64,000 nucleotides of DNA from Pristiophorus japonicus (lineage: Eukaryota), in assembly GCF_044704955.1 (NCBI RefSeq), contig NC_091980.1, forward strand, positions 215,202,001 to 215,266,000. The letters are read 5' to 3'. Within the stretch, counting starts at the first letter, position 1. Every line of letters begins with the position of its first letter. The notes under the pieces are model-generated. The model was not told where the DNA came from and did not search any database. It saw only the letters and a list, made by a program, of their open reading frames with translations. Shown here in pieces: positions 23,916 through 36,272 of the stretch. The translations under genes were made by a program, and so were the position numbers.

Positions 23916-24786
23916 AAACATAGAAAATAGGTGCAGGAGTAGGCCATTCGGCTCCTCAAGCCCGTACTGCCATTCAACGAGTTCATGGCCGAACATGCAA
24001 CTCCAGCACCCCACTCCCGCTCCCCCACCACACCCCCCAATCCTCCCAGTAGCGAGGACCACATCTAACTCCTTCCCGAACACATTTAGTGAATTGGCCT
24101 CAACAATGTTCCGTGGTAGAGAATTCCACAGGTCCACCACCCCCCGGGCGAAGAAGTTTCCCCCCATCTCGGCCCCAAATGGCCCACCCCCATCCCTAGA
24201 CCGTGACCCCCGGTCCCGGACCCCCCTAACACCAGGAACATCCCTCCCGCATCCAACCTGTCCAAACCCGGCAGAACCCTAAACATTTCCATGAGATCCC
24301 CTCTCACTCCTCCGAACTCCACCGAATACAAGCCCAGTCGATTCAGCCCCCCCCCCCCCTCCCCCGGACACGTCAGTCCCGCCATCCCGGGAATCAGTCC
24401 GGTGAACCCTCGCTGTACCCTCTCAACAGCAAGAATGTCCCCCCTCAAGTCAGGAGACCAAAACTGCACACAACACTCCAGGCACGGCCTCACCAAGGCC
24501 CTGCACAACCGCAGCAACACCTCCCCACCCCTGCACTCAAATCCCCCCGCCATGAAGGCTGACACGCCACCCGCCCTCCCACCGCCTGCCGTACCTGCAT
24601 GCCAACCCCCAATGACCGATGTACCATGACACCCAGGTCTCTTTGCATCTCCCCTTTTCCTAATCTGTCACCATTCAGATAATAGTCTGTCTCTCTGTTT
24701 TTACCACCAAATTGGATAACCTCACATTTATCCACATTATACTTCATCTGCCATGCATTTGCCCACTCACCTAACCTATCCAAGTT
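23916..24786 (-). mobile_element. CR1 3' fragment with an A>G hypermutated block (~23950-24617)
   Basis: Colinear with 23263-23550 and other CR1 copies but dense in T>C on the + strand; the translated ORF is Gly/Arg-enriched (GGFECRGGEVLLRLCRALVRPCLECC). Confidence 0.9.
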
Positions 24787-25318
24787 CGCAGCAGCCCACC
24801 AAACTGTGCTCCAGCAAATTGTTGGGGATGTTGAGGTGCTGCCCCGGGGGAGTGGCACTGGGTCAGTGGAGCAGGAACCTGCTGTCCTTTCTCAGTATGA
24901 CAGCTATCCAGATCCCACCACTGCCACTCCGCCATTGCACTTGTCGCTGGCCGTCATCCAGCCAGCCCAGACTGCCGCTGCCCAGCCTGAGGTGGTGGAG
25001 TCTACAGCCGAGCCTTCCAGGCCCAGAGCTGGTCGAAGGTGTCCTGCAAGGCCTTCTGTAGTATCTGGCCCTGACACGCAGCAGTCTTCCACCAGCCGTG
25101 CCTCAGCGGAGGAACGCTAGACTAGTTAAAGCAAAAAGGGGATATAAGGAAATGCACAAAGGTGATTAGTAAATATATTATGTTGTTCTGATATAAATTT
25201 GGATTGGAATTTTTAATCTTTGCTGTTGTCTCTCATTTCAGTTTTGGGGCTTTGGAATGGAAGGGAAAATGGATGTGGTCATAGGGACGTCCAAAGGAAC
25301 CGGGAAGTGGGATGGAAT

Positions 25319-26503
25319 TCACTGGAACCGAACTCTGATGAGACGGTCGCGGACCTCCCCTGCAGAATCGCAATAGGCTCGCTGCCTCCTCCATCGCTGC
25401 TGCTCCTGCTCCTCTTCCTCCTCCTCCTCAGGTGATGCAGTTATGCCTGGTGGCAATGGCTGTGCCCTCATGATGGTGAGGTTGTGCAGCATGCAGCAGA
25501 TGACGACGAATAGGGACACCCGCTCAGGCGAGTACTGGAGGACTTCTTCCAAGCAGTCAAGGCAGCGGAACCATTGCTTTAGCACTCCGATGGTCTGCTC
25601 AATGATGTTCCTGGTGGTGGCATAGCTCTCACTGTAGGAGTGCTGGGCAAGACTGTTGGGGTAATGGAGGGGTGTCATGAGCCAGGGGGACAGTGGATAA
25701 CCCTTGTTTCCAGTCGCGAGCTTGATGTGGTGATTGAAACAGAGCTGGCACACCGGTCTGGCACAGGATGAAGGCATCATGGCTGCTGCCAGGATAGCGG
25801 GCATTGACTGTGAGGATGCTGCGTGTGTGGTTGCGGACCAGCTACACATTCAGTGAGTGGAAGCCTTTGTGGTTATGGAAAACCTCAGAATTGTGATGCA
25901 GTGCCCGCAAAGCAGTCAATGGCACCCTGCACCATGGGGATGCCCACTATCCAAGCAAAACCACATGCATGCTTGTACTGCTTCTCTCTGGTCATGAGGA
26001 AGGAGATGTAGTCCCTCTGTACAAAGCATCTGTGATTTCACGGATGGAGCAATGGATGCCAAACCGGGAGATGTTGGCGATGTCTCCTGTCGCTCCATGG
26101 AAGAATCCATTGGCATAGAAATTAAGCGCAATGGTGACCTTGACTGCCACTGAGAGAACTGTCCATATCCTGGTCTGAGTCTCGAGGTCTGGTTGCAGAA
26201 GATGGCAGAGCTCTGTGACCATGCTGAAGCGCAGCCTTCGAACACAATGTTCCTCAGTGAAATTGATGTAGGAGAACTACTGCTGGAATACCCTGGGAGG
26301 ATAAGGTCTCTTATTGCCAGCCCTCTTGGGCATTCTCTCTCTCTCCATATTTTGCTACCTTTTTTCCCTGTGCTTCTCCGTCTTTCTCCCTGTGCTTCTC
26401 ATTGTCTTGCCCCATGTCCTTCTCCCTGCCTTTGTCTCTGCTTTTGTCTCTGTCTTTGCCTTCGCCTAAGTATCCTCCGGTCGAGTACTAACACAGCCCC
26501 CAT
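25319..26503 (-). pseudogene. Harbinger transposase (HARBI1-like DDE nuclease), disrupted
   Basis: ATG at 26503; motifs KVTIALNFYANG, QGAIDC, KGFHSLNV, YPGSSHDAFIL, GNKGYPLSPWLMTP, TRNIIEQTIGVLKQWFRCL and CCMLHNL; stops and frameshifts. Confidence 0.9.
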
Positions 26504-27624
26504 GAAACGAGCGAAATGTTGTGATTTGAAATCTACCCTGAATGAAACAGGAAACTAGTTAGGAGGCAGAACAGTCCTTGAAGTCAAAATTGCTGCGATC
26601 TGTCCATCAGCCACTCTGACTATGTGTTAGCAAGCTGCAAAGAGCAATGGCCGAAATAATTTTTTTCAAGCTGGCGCCTTTAAATAACGCTGCGCCAGCC
26701 AACTCCAGACTTCAACTCGACAGCTGAGGCTGTCGTTGTCATTGTCAGGCGGTAAGTGAGGGTGCATGGCCGAAGTTCACTTCCGGGACAGTAAAGAGGC
26801 ACTGCGCACGGCGATGACGTCTTTATCGTCGCGTGCAGCCAAGCGTGACATTTCCGGCATGAGCGAGGCGCTACCTTGTACCACCTCTGCAAAACCCCCA
26901 CCCAATTCCGTGGGGGTGTTCTTATTGCCATGCCCGGGTGAAAAACATTTTGCTCAAGAGGCCAATTTTGGCCCCAATGACTATGATTCAGTTCATGCAG
27001 CCGCTTGATACTCATCAACCCAATATCATGCACCCATTAAAGATCTCTGCAGCACTGTATTTTCAGCATGTCTTTGTTCCTGAAGCATGTAGATTTTACA
27101 GTACACATTCTGCTGAGTGTAGCAGAGGAACTATCTGATTTGTTTTAAAGCAATCCAAATAATGAAAAGGATTTATTTGTTACAGTCTCCATCATGTGGC
27201 TGCAAAACAAACTGCAGAGACAGTTTGAAAGCATTCCATGTATAGCAACTATATATATCTGATTGGCAGTTTGGCTTAAACTGATCTGAAACTCAAACTA
27301 ATCATGGTATATTATCTGTGACACACACTGTATGAGTGTATTAAGTGAAACATTGCAGTAAAATATAAAACTATAAACATAGCTCTTTCTGCATTAATCA
27401 GTGATTCTTTTGCAAATATACAATATATAAATCACATTTATTTTGGAAGAGTGGGATAAAAGGAAATTAGTTTTAGTACAAGTTAGCAAAGTCATTCCAA
27501 TGGACTAGGAAATCTCACGAAGTTGGATAGATTCTACTCTGAATTATCACCAGTTTTAGGGCAGACTGGGGATTGAAATGTAGTAAAGGGCTACGACCTC
27601 AAAACCACTGCTAAGAAAAACTGC

Positions 27625-29112
27625 ACAAGAATTGGTTGTCATCTTCCATAATCTATAGAATTTTGGAACAGTTCCTGCAGATTGGAGGGTGGCAAATGTA
27701 ACCCCACTATTTAAAAAAGGAGGGAGAGAAAAAACGAGAAACTATAGACCGGTTAGCCTAACATCAATAGTAGGGAAAATGCTAGAGTCTATTATAAAGG
27801 ATTTGATAACGGCACACTTTGTTTAATCCCGTTGATATTATCTAAGTCAACATGGATTTATGAAAGGAAAATCATGTTTGACAAACCGACTGGAGATTTT
27901 TGAGGATGTAACTGATAGAAGAGATAAGGGGGAACCAGTGGATGTATTGAATTTGGATTTTCAAAAGGCCTTTGATAAAGTCCCACATAAGAGGTTAATG
28001 TGCAAAATTAAAGCACATGGGATTGGGGGTAATGTATTGCATGGATTGAAAATTGGTTAACTGACAGGAAACAGAGTAGGAATAAACGGGTTTTTTTTCG
28101 TGGTGGCGGGCAGTGTCTAGTGAGATACCACAGGGATCAGTGCTTGGGCCTCAGCTATTCACAATATATATAAATGATTTGGATGAGGGAGCCAAATGTA
28201 ATATTTCTAAGTTTGCTGATGACACAAAACTAGGTAGGATTCTGAGTAGGATGCAAAGACGCTGCAAGGCGATTTAGATAGGTTGAGTGAGTGGGTAAAC
28301 ATGTGGCAAATGCAGTATAACATGGATAAATGTGAAGTTATCCACTTTGGTAGGAAAAACATAAGGACAAAGTATTATTTAAATGGTGATGGCTTGGGAA
28401 GTGTCGATGTCCAGAGAGACCTGGGTGTCCTTGTACACCTGTCATTGAAAGCAAACATGCAACTGCAGCAAGCAGTTAGGAAGGCAAATGGTATGTTGGC
28501 CTTCCTTGCAAGAAGATTTGAGTACAGGAGCAAGGATGTCTTACTACAGTTATACAGGGCCTTGGTGAGACTGCACCTGGAGTATTGTGTGCAGTTTTGG
28601 TCTCCTTACCGAACAAAGGATATACTTGCCATAGAGGGAATGCAGCGAAGGTTCACCAGATTGATTCCTGGGATGGCAGGACTGTCGTATGAGGAGAGAT
28701 TGGGTTGACTAGGCCTGTATTCACTAGAGTTTAGAAGAATGAGAGGGGATCTCATTGAAACATATAAAATTCTGACTGGTTTGGATAGACTGGATATGGG
28801 GAGGATGTTTCCCCTGGCTGGGAACTCTAGAACAAGGGGTCACCGTCTCAGGATATGGAAATTTAGGACCGAGATGAGGAAAAAAATTTTCACTCAGAGG
28901 GTTGTGAACCTGTGGAATTCTCCACCATAGGTTGTGGAGGCCAAGTCGCTGAATATATTTAAGAGGGAGATAGATAGATTTCTAGAAACAAAAGGCATCA
29001 AGGGGTATGGGGAACATGGTGTTGAGATAGAGGATCAACCATGATCATATTGAATGGCACTGCAGACTCGAAGGGAGGAATGGCCTACTACTGCTCCTAT
29101 TTTTTATGTGTC
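27625..29112 (+). mobile_element. CR1 LINE 3' half
   Basis: [18 protein letters not shown] and FADD motifs; CR1 tail. Confidence 0.9.
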
Positions 29113-31159
29113 TAATCAAAATAATTCCAGTACCCATTAAGGTTTGGTAGGAGCTCGATCTGCCTCCTGTGAATGGGGTCAGGGGGGTGTGTCTAATTGT
29201 TTTGACCCATTTCCCCAACTTCCATCTCAAACCTGCCCTAAATACCACTAGTATTTGACCTGCATATCAATCTCTTTAGTACTTTGTGGGTTCATTCAAG
29301 ATTTTGGTGCTAATTTTACTCAGGACTGCTCAAAGTATTGGTTTGTACTGGGGACGTGAATTTCCCAATTGAAATACTTTTATTCTTGTGCTATGAAGAG
29401 AAAGAGAATGGAAGAAGATAGATAGCCCAATGTCATCAATAAATAAAGGTTGACTCATCAAATAAAGTTACGTCACACCTGCCGCACAACGTCCCCCGTT
29501 GTCAGACTTCTGCCAAGTTTCTTCATAAGAGAGAAGTTCACAGTTCCGTTGCCATCATCCAAACCCCCAAAAGTTGAAAGCATACGCAGAAATTTACTCA
29601 GAACTTTAGGCACCCAAAATGTGTTTACTTTACAGAACAACATTAACCAAAGAGTGCCAAAAATTCCAATCATCTTTTGTGCCAGCTAAGTTACTTGCTC
29701 AAGCTCCTAATCTACCACTGTTACAAGATGCTCTGAGTGAAATGAGGTTGCAATGGCAAAAGTTGCAAGGCCTACATCTGAAGCTCTCTCATGTGTAGAC
29801 ATTGGAGAGAGCCTTAAATAAATGGGCTCAATGTCAGTCACTGGAGAAACAACCACATCTGCACCTACTCCTTGCAGCCCACAGGCTCCGAGGTACTACT
29901 GTTTGGTGTCACTGCAGATCAGATAATCCCGACCAGATCTTGGAAGTCATATGCAAGTGTGGTGTTCAGACATCTAGTAACGCTGGATATCACTCCAGAT
30001 GCCAACACCATCCTTAGAAGCTATTCTTGCAGTCTTAATACTACACAATTCTCCCAGGATATTCCAGTTTCCAGGGTGCTCTGCTGGTTGTGGGAATTTG
30101 CCGCAAAATGTTGCAAATGTGGTTAGTGGACTGCTCCCATTGTCCATCATCTCGCCCATATGCATGGAAACCATCTCTACATAAGATCAATACTCCCTAA
30201 ATCCCTAAGATCTAGGTTCTTAGATCCCTCAACCAAGGATAGATGTTTCTCCACCCTCTGTAGAGGCACTCTCCCTCTCTTCCACTCCCAGTTTCTCATT
30301 TTCACTAGTGCCCAGTGCTTCACCCAGTGACAGGCCTTCTGACTCATTAACTACTTCCTCCCAAATGTCTGGGTTGGTGCTTGCACAGGTAAGATGCTGT
30401 TAGAATGTTTTAAAGGTGATTTAAAAAGTCAATCTATTCCAGCGTTCCTTTTAACATATTTAGTCGTAGAGCAAATGTCAGACAAAGGGAAATGTTAATC
30501 TTGTCTCTATATCTGAATAACAGACAGTTTGGAAATACAAGGGCAGAGGAAATGGGATAAACATTTGGCCTTAGAACTTACTGTACTGCAAACAAAGTTT
30601 GTAACACAGTGGAAAAGGCTGAAAAGATTATAGGCTGGGTATACACATAAAAATGCGGCCTCAGCTAAACAAGCAATCTCTGTATTACATAAGCACAGGC
30701 CAAGGTTGTATTATAGTATAAGAAACAAACAGGTCCCCTTTCAGGTAGAGTGTTCTTGAGGGTCAGGAGCGATGCAGCCATGTGGAGGGTCTGGAGGGCA
30801 GGAGTTGGTCACTCCAGGACTTGTGTTATTCCCTGATATCAGAGAGTGTCTCAATGGTAATCAGAGCCTGGGAACCACGTTGCATTATTTGCAAGTACAG
30901 GGTAACTTAATATAAATGGAAGACCAAATCAATCACTGTAATAAAGCATATTAATATATAAATCACCCGCGTGTGAATCATAAGCGGAGTTATTGTTGCA
31001 GGACTAACAATCCTTTGTTGCGAAGGTAACCACTAAGAAATCCGTTGAGAGGCTATGATGGAATTGATAATGAAGTGGCAGGGGCTTTTGATCTGGACGT
31101 GCCTAGGTGGTCATCTGAATGGCTGGCCTCTGCCTGCAAGACACTCCCTACGATGTGAC

Positions 31160-31805
31160 AGGCAGAAAAGCTTCTTTACTTCCGTCCTCACCCCTTCTTC
31201 CCCTCCTAGAATAGGGCCCCCCTTGTCCTCACCTTCCATCCCACCAGCCTCTGCATTGGACAGATAGTCCTCCATCAGTTCTGGCATCCAATGTAACCCA
31301 CCACCAAACACATCATTCCTTCCCCTCTCATCCCCTCCGTGACATCCTTGTCCACACCTCGGTGAACCCTAACAAGTGCGCTCCTTTTTCTGGCACCTGC
31401 CCATGCAAGTGCAGGAGATGCAAAACATGCCATTTCACCTTCCATATCACGTCCACGACACCAAATATTTCACCTGAATGAGACAGTGATTTACTTGTCC
31501 TTCCTCCAATTTAGTATACTGTTTTCACTGCTTACAATGCGGTCCCATCTACATAGGGGAGACCAAATACAGATTGGGTGATCGCCTTGATGAACACCTT
31601 CATTCCGTCTGCAAATGCGACCCTGAGTTCCCAGTCGCTCACCAATCTAAATCTCCATCCTACTCCCACTCTGATCTCCCTGACCTTAGGTTCTACACTG
31701 TTCTAATGAAGTTCAACACAAGCTCCAGGAACTGCACCTCATTTTCTACTAGGCATTTTCAGCCTTCTAACCTTAACTTTGATTTTAAAAATGTCAGATT
31801 TTAAC
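31160..31805 (+). mobile_element. Penelope-like element fragment (GIY-YIG endonuclease)
   Basis: GTCPCKCRRCKTC ... FTCPSSNLVYCFHCLQCGPIYIGETKYRLGDRLDEHL. Confidence 0.8.
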
Positions 31806-32129
31806 CAGAGATCCCACTTTCTCTCAGAGAGCAGGTACCGTTACTATGGGATGGGTACAACGAGAATGAGAAAGGTAGTGGGTTGGTGCTTGGGATGGGA
31901 ATGCCCTATCAGTACATGGCCAGTGGGGTGGTCTGCTCCCCTGATGTCATCTGCCTTTTTCTTTTAGCATACTCCCCGGCCAGTGGAGTCAGTGCTGCAC
32001 TGGAGACTTCTTCGCCTTTGCCGGATATTCCATGTTTCCCTCGCCAACTGTTCTGCTCCAACCATTTACACATTGTCTGGGTCTCGTATGTTTTTATTTC
32101 ACTGATTTCTCTCATTATTGACTCCTTTT

Positions 32130-32538
32130 CATAGAATCATAGAATAGTACAGTATAGAAGGAGGCCATTTGGCCCATTAAGTCTGTGCCAGTTCTACTAT
32201 TGAATCCATATCCACTATGCTATCAGGCAGTGCATTCCAAACCTAGCTACTCATTGCATAAAAAAGTTTTATATAAGTTTTTAGCATAATTTCCTGGCTT
32301 TGTACTCCATGTCTCTATTTATAAAACCCAGGATACCATATGCTTTATTAACTGCTTTGTTAACCTGACATGCTACCTTCAAAGATTTGTGTACAAGCAT
32401 TTCCAGGTCTTTCTTTTCTTGCACCCTCTTTAAAATTTAGCATATGTTGTCTCTCCTCTTTCTTCCTACCAAAATGTATCACCTCACTTTTTGTGTTGAA
32501 TTTCATCAGCCATGTGTCCATCCATTCCATCAGCCATG
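32130..32538 (-). mobile_element. Old CR1 fragment split by the Gypsy element (continues 35484-35520)
   Basis: catagaatcatagaa tail; WLMKFNTKSEVIHFGRK. Confidence 0.7.
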
Positions 32539-35483
32539 TGTAATGACTCAAGAGTCTGGTTACTGTAAACTCACTCAGGTGCAACCTGATCCATCGTTAT
32601 TCCAGTCCAAGAGTGCCAACTTGACCAAGACACAGCTTATATACAGGGGACCAAGCACACATGCCATATCGTACAGCCCGATGACCTCCGACCGCAGCGC
32701 CCTCTGGTGTCTGGTGACCCCCAAGCATTAATACATAACAGCCCATTTTAAAATCTTAACAACAGTCTTTTAACAAATTAAGACAGTCTGGGGCTTTCCT
32801 CTCATGAGTTGATCGTCTCAGTTCAACTTTGACTCTGGGCGAGTGTTCTGAGTCCATTGAGACTGAGGGCTGAGTAGCCGATCTGATGGGAGTGGTCATG
32901 ACCACATCAGAGACTGAAGATTCAGAGGCAGTAATGTCAGCAGAGTCTGCTGATGAGTGAACAATGGTTGGTTGGTCACTGACTGCATCTGCCTCACTCG
33001 ATTCCAGTTCATCCGTGTGCTGCAGTTTAACCTGGTCAAGGTGTTTCCTGCATGTTTGCCCATTCTTGAGCACGGCAATAAACACTCTGTTAAGAAATTA
33101 CCGAAGTAGTTGAGTAGCCCAAGGAATGAATGCAGCTCTGTCACATTCTGAGACCTGGGTGCATTTTTGATGGCCTTGGTTTTCGAATCGGTAGGCCTGA
33201 TGCCATCAGCAGCAATCTTCCTCCCCAGAAATTCAACTTCAGGTGCCATGAAGACACACTTCGAACGTTTCAGCCTGAGTCCCACTTTGTGCAGATGATG
33301 TAGCATTTCTTCAAGATTGTTCAGATGTTCAGCAGTGTCGTGACTTGTGACCAGAATGTCATCTTGAAACACGACCGTTCTAGAAACGGACTTCAGTAAA
33401 CTCTCCATATTAGAAACATAGAAACATAAAAAATAGGTGCAGGAGTCGGCCATTCGGCCCTTAGAGCTTGCACCACCATTCAATGAGTTCATGGCTGAAC
33501 ATGCAACTTCAGTACCCCATTCCTGCTTTCTCGCCATACTCCTCTGAAATATGGCTGCAGCCGAATGAATCCCAAAAGGACACCTGTTGTAGACGAACAA
33601 TCCTTTATGGGTGTTGATGCAGGTGAGTTTCTTTGAAGTGTCGACAAGCTCCTGTGTCATATAGGCCGACGTCAGATCCAGTTTCGCGAATGACTTTCCA
33701 CCAGCTAGCATGGCGAACAGGTCATTAACCCTCAGTAATCGGTTAATCGTAACCTTGTAGTCTCCACAAATCCTGACAATGCCATCACTCTTCAACACAG
33801 GCAGGAACAATGGGACTAGCCCACTCGTTAAACTCAACTGGTAATATGATCCCTTCACACTCGAGTCAGTCAAGCTCAATTTCAACCTTCTCCCTCATCA
33901 TGTACAGAACAGACCGAGCTTTGTGATAGACAGGCCTTTCATTGGAGTCCAATTGAATCTGCATCTTGGCTCCCGTAAAATTGCCAATGCCCAGTTCAAA
34001 CAAAAAAGGAAACTTTTTCAATACTTGAGCACACGAAGTATCATCCACCGAGGACAACAACTTGACATCATTCCAGTTCAGCTTGATTTTCTCGAGCCAA
34101 TTCCAGCTGAACAGCGTTGGATCATTACCTGGGATGATCCTTAACAGTAGCTCGTGAACCACACCATCATATGACACCTCAATTGCTGCACTGACGAGCT
34201 CCTTAGTGAAAGTACGCAACCTGGCATTGACTGGACTCAGCTTCGGTTTCGCAGCCTTAGTGTCCCACAGTTTATCGAATGTCCTTTGGCTCATTATCGA
34301 CTGGCTCGCACCCGTGTCCAGCTCCATTGATACAGGCACACCATTCAACTCACATTAACGACTATCGGCAGGCTGTTGCTCAGGAACAAATACAGTCCAT
34401 TCACTTTCTCCTCGGGTGGCGTATCCGGGCCATCGCTGAACTGGTCCTCATCAACCACATGGTGAGCTGCACCACGCTTGCTCCATTGTGGACACATCCT
34501 GTGAAGATGCCTTACTTTCAAACATCCATTGATGAGTATTGTCTAAACCGACACTGATGAGGCCAATGATTGCCCCCACAACGCCAACAGGGTGAAATCT
34601 GGTTTGAACCAGTTGGCAGGCTCTGAGCAGCGGCAGGTTTCGCGTAAGCACCTCTGTCCGAAGACAACGCCATCTTGTTTACAGTACTTGCCGTGGAACT
34701 CCAACTCGTCGATGATATCTGCCTCAAATTATCATCCATCATCATGCATGCTTGGGCAGTCGCGATGGCCTTTTTCAAATCCAGCGTCTCTGCAGCCAAC
34801 AGCTTCCTGAGGATCGCATCATGGTTGATGCCTATCACGAAGACATCATGCAGTATGTGCCTTCAGCATGTTCCCGAACTTACACGGCTCAGCAAGACAT
34901 CGCAGGTCGGCGACAAATCATGACATGATGTGGCCCTCAACACGAACATGCGTGTAGAAATGGTAGCGTGATATGATGATCCCTCTTTTGGCTTCAGATG
35001 ATTACCCACTAACGTACACAATTCCTCGTACCCTTTTTCCGCCGGACGTACAGGCGAAAGAAGATTCTTCATGAGGCCGTAAATTTTCGGACCACAAACG
35101 GTGAGGAGAACTGCCCTGCGCTTAATTGCATCAGCCTCTGCCTCCATGCTGTTGGCCACAAAATACTGGACCAGGCAGTCGAGAAAATCCACCCAATCAT
35201 CGCCCTCCACAAATCTCTCCAGGATTCCAACAGTGCCCATTGTGCATGCGAAGGTTCTTAAATTACCTCGTCGCCAATTGTAATGACTCAAGAGTCTGGT
35301 TACTGTAAACTCACTCAGGTGCAACCTGATCCATCTTTATTCCAGCCCAAGAGTACAAGCTTGACAAAGACACACAGCTTATATACAAGGGACCAAGCAC
35401 ACATGCCACATGCGTACAGCCCGATGACCTCCGACCGCTGTGTCCTCTGGTGTCTGGTGACCCCCAAGCATTAATACATAACA
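32539..35483 (-). mobile_element. Gypsy LTR retrotransposon (gag, protease, RT; RNase H and integrase core deleted)
   Basis: LTRs 32539-32740 and 35279-35483; TSD CCATG/CCATC; PBS TGGCGACGAGG; CWRCGGNH, ELDTGASQS, RICGDYK and VVFQDDILV motifs. Confidence 0.92.
33411..33538 (-). mobile_element. CR1 3' tail inserted in the Gypsy RT
   Basis: The same tail sequence as 17937-18062, sitting between IFQR and NMESLL. Confidence 0.88.
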
Positions 35484-35524
35484 CCATCCATTCCACCAAC
35501 CTGTCTATGTCCTCTTGAAGTCAA

Positions 35525-36272
35525 TTACGGAATACGGATCCGGCGAGGCCCCGCAAAAATTGTTTTTCGGTGCGTGATGCACAAGTGCCAAAAACCGGCT
35601 TTTCCAATTTGTCAAGTTTTAGCATAACAGATCCTCTGCATCCACGACATTTGCATGCGCAAAATTGCGCTATTTGCCCTTCTCTTGCCCAGCGAATGTC
35701 CTTAAAACACTTGCGTCTGGTAAAAGCGGGCACATAACCTACTTTTACCAGCATGAGTTTTCAAACATATAAAAAACATATAAAAATAACATTTAAAAAC
35801 ACATTTTTATGTTGAAAACCATGTCCACTAAGGTAAGTTTATTTTAAACCCTAATCACAACACTTAAAAAAAAATCTGAAAAACAGCTCACATAATTTAA
35901 ATTAAAGTTAATGAAATGTATTAGAAAAAATATATATTTTGGGGATTATTTTTTAAGTTTGGTAATTAGGGTTTAAAATAAACTTACCTTAGTGGACAGG
36001 GGTTTTAACATAATGTGTTTTTAAATTTTATTTTTATGTTTTTTACATGTTCTAAAACTCTTACGCTGGTAAAAGTAGGCTACACAGGCGCAAGAGTTTT
36101 AAGGACATTTGCTGGACAAATAGTACAATCTCGCCCATGCGAATGTCCTTCTCCCGAAGATGCATTGGATCTGTCAAGCCAGAACTTGACAGATCAGAAA
36201 ACTGGCTTTTGCGGGGCCTCGTCGGATCCGTACAATTCTGTACAGACCCGGGGAGGCCGGAATTTCAGGCCC
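35525..36272. mobile_element. Foldback (long-palindrome) Harbinger-type MITE, left tip missing
   Basis: Inverted arms TACGGATCCGGCGAGGCCCCGCAAAA / TTTTGCGGGGCCTCGTCGGATCCGTA and GTCCACTAAGGTAAGTTTATTTTAAACCCTAAT / ATTAGGGTTTAAAATAAACTTACCTTAGTGGAC; right end AATTTCAGGCCC. Confidence 0.75.

Larger units (their letters stand above)
15658..25120 (+). pseudogene. Harbinger Myb/SANT (MADF-like) DNA-binding gene, fragmented by insertions
   Basis: MPAGNPPSREHATRFRNVTLEALVG... resumes after the LTR element as RAMWQEVAQEVS...QCLKKLND...VK|gtgagt (19385); next exon ANMAHNRREQQRTGGG (19605); later pieces at 19931-20435, 22916-23255 and 24787-25120. Confidence 0.75.
12415..26975. mobile_element. PIF/Harbinger DNA transposon (convergent Myb/SANT gene and transposase), inflated by nested insertions
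   Basis: Ends GGGGACGAAATT ... AATTTTGGCCCC; flanks TAT/AAT within a CR1 tail; Myb/SANT gene on + and HARBI1-like DDE transposase on -. Confidence 0.8.

Noticed and set aside
25319-26503. Domesticated HARBI1 gene (and NAIF1/MSANTD genes for the Myb ORFs)
   Set aside because: Stops, frameshifts and flanking TIRs show these are transposon copies.
29450-30184. Short ORFs in apparently unique sequence
   Set aside because: No recognisable domain or consistent splice signals.
30577-30710. Possible further TTC6 exon (minus strand YNLGLC, with a downstream gtaagt)
   Set aside because: An in-frame stop lies immediately before the motif, there is no acceptor, and the following residues are not TPR-like.
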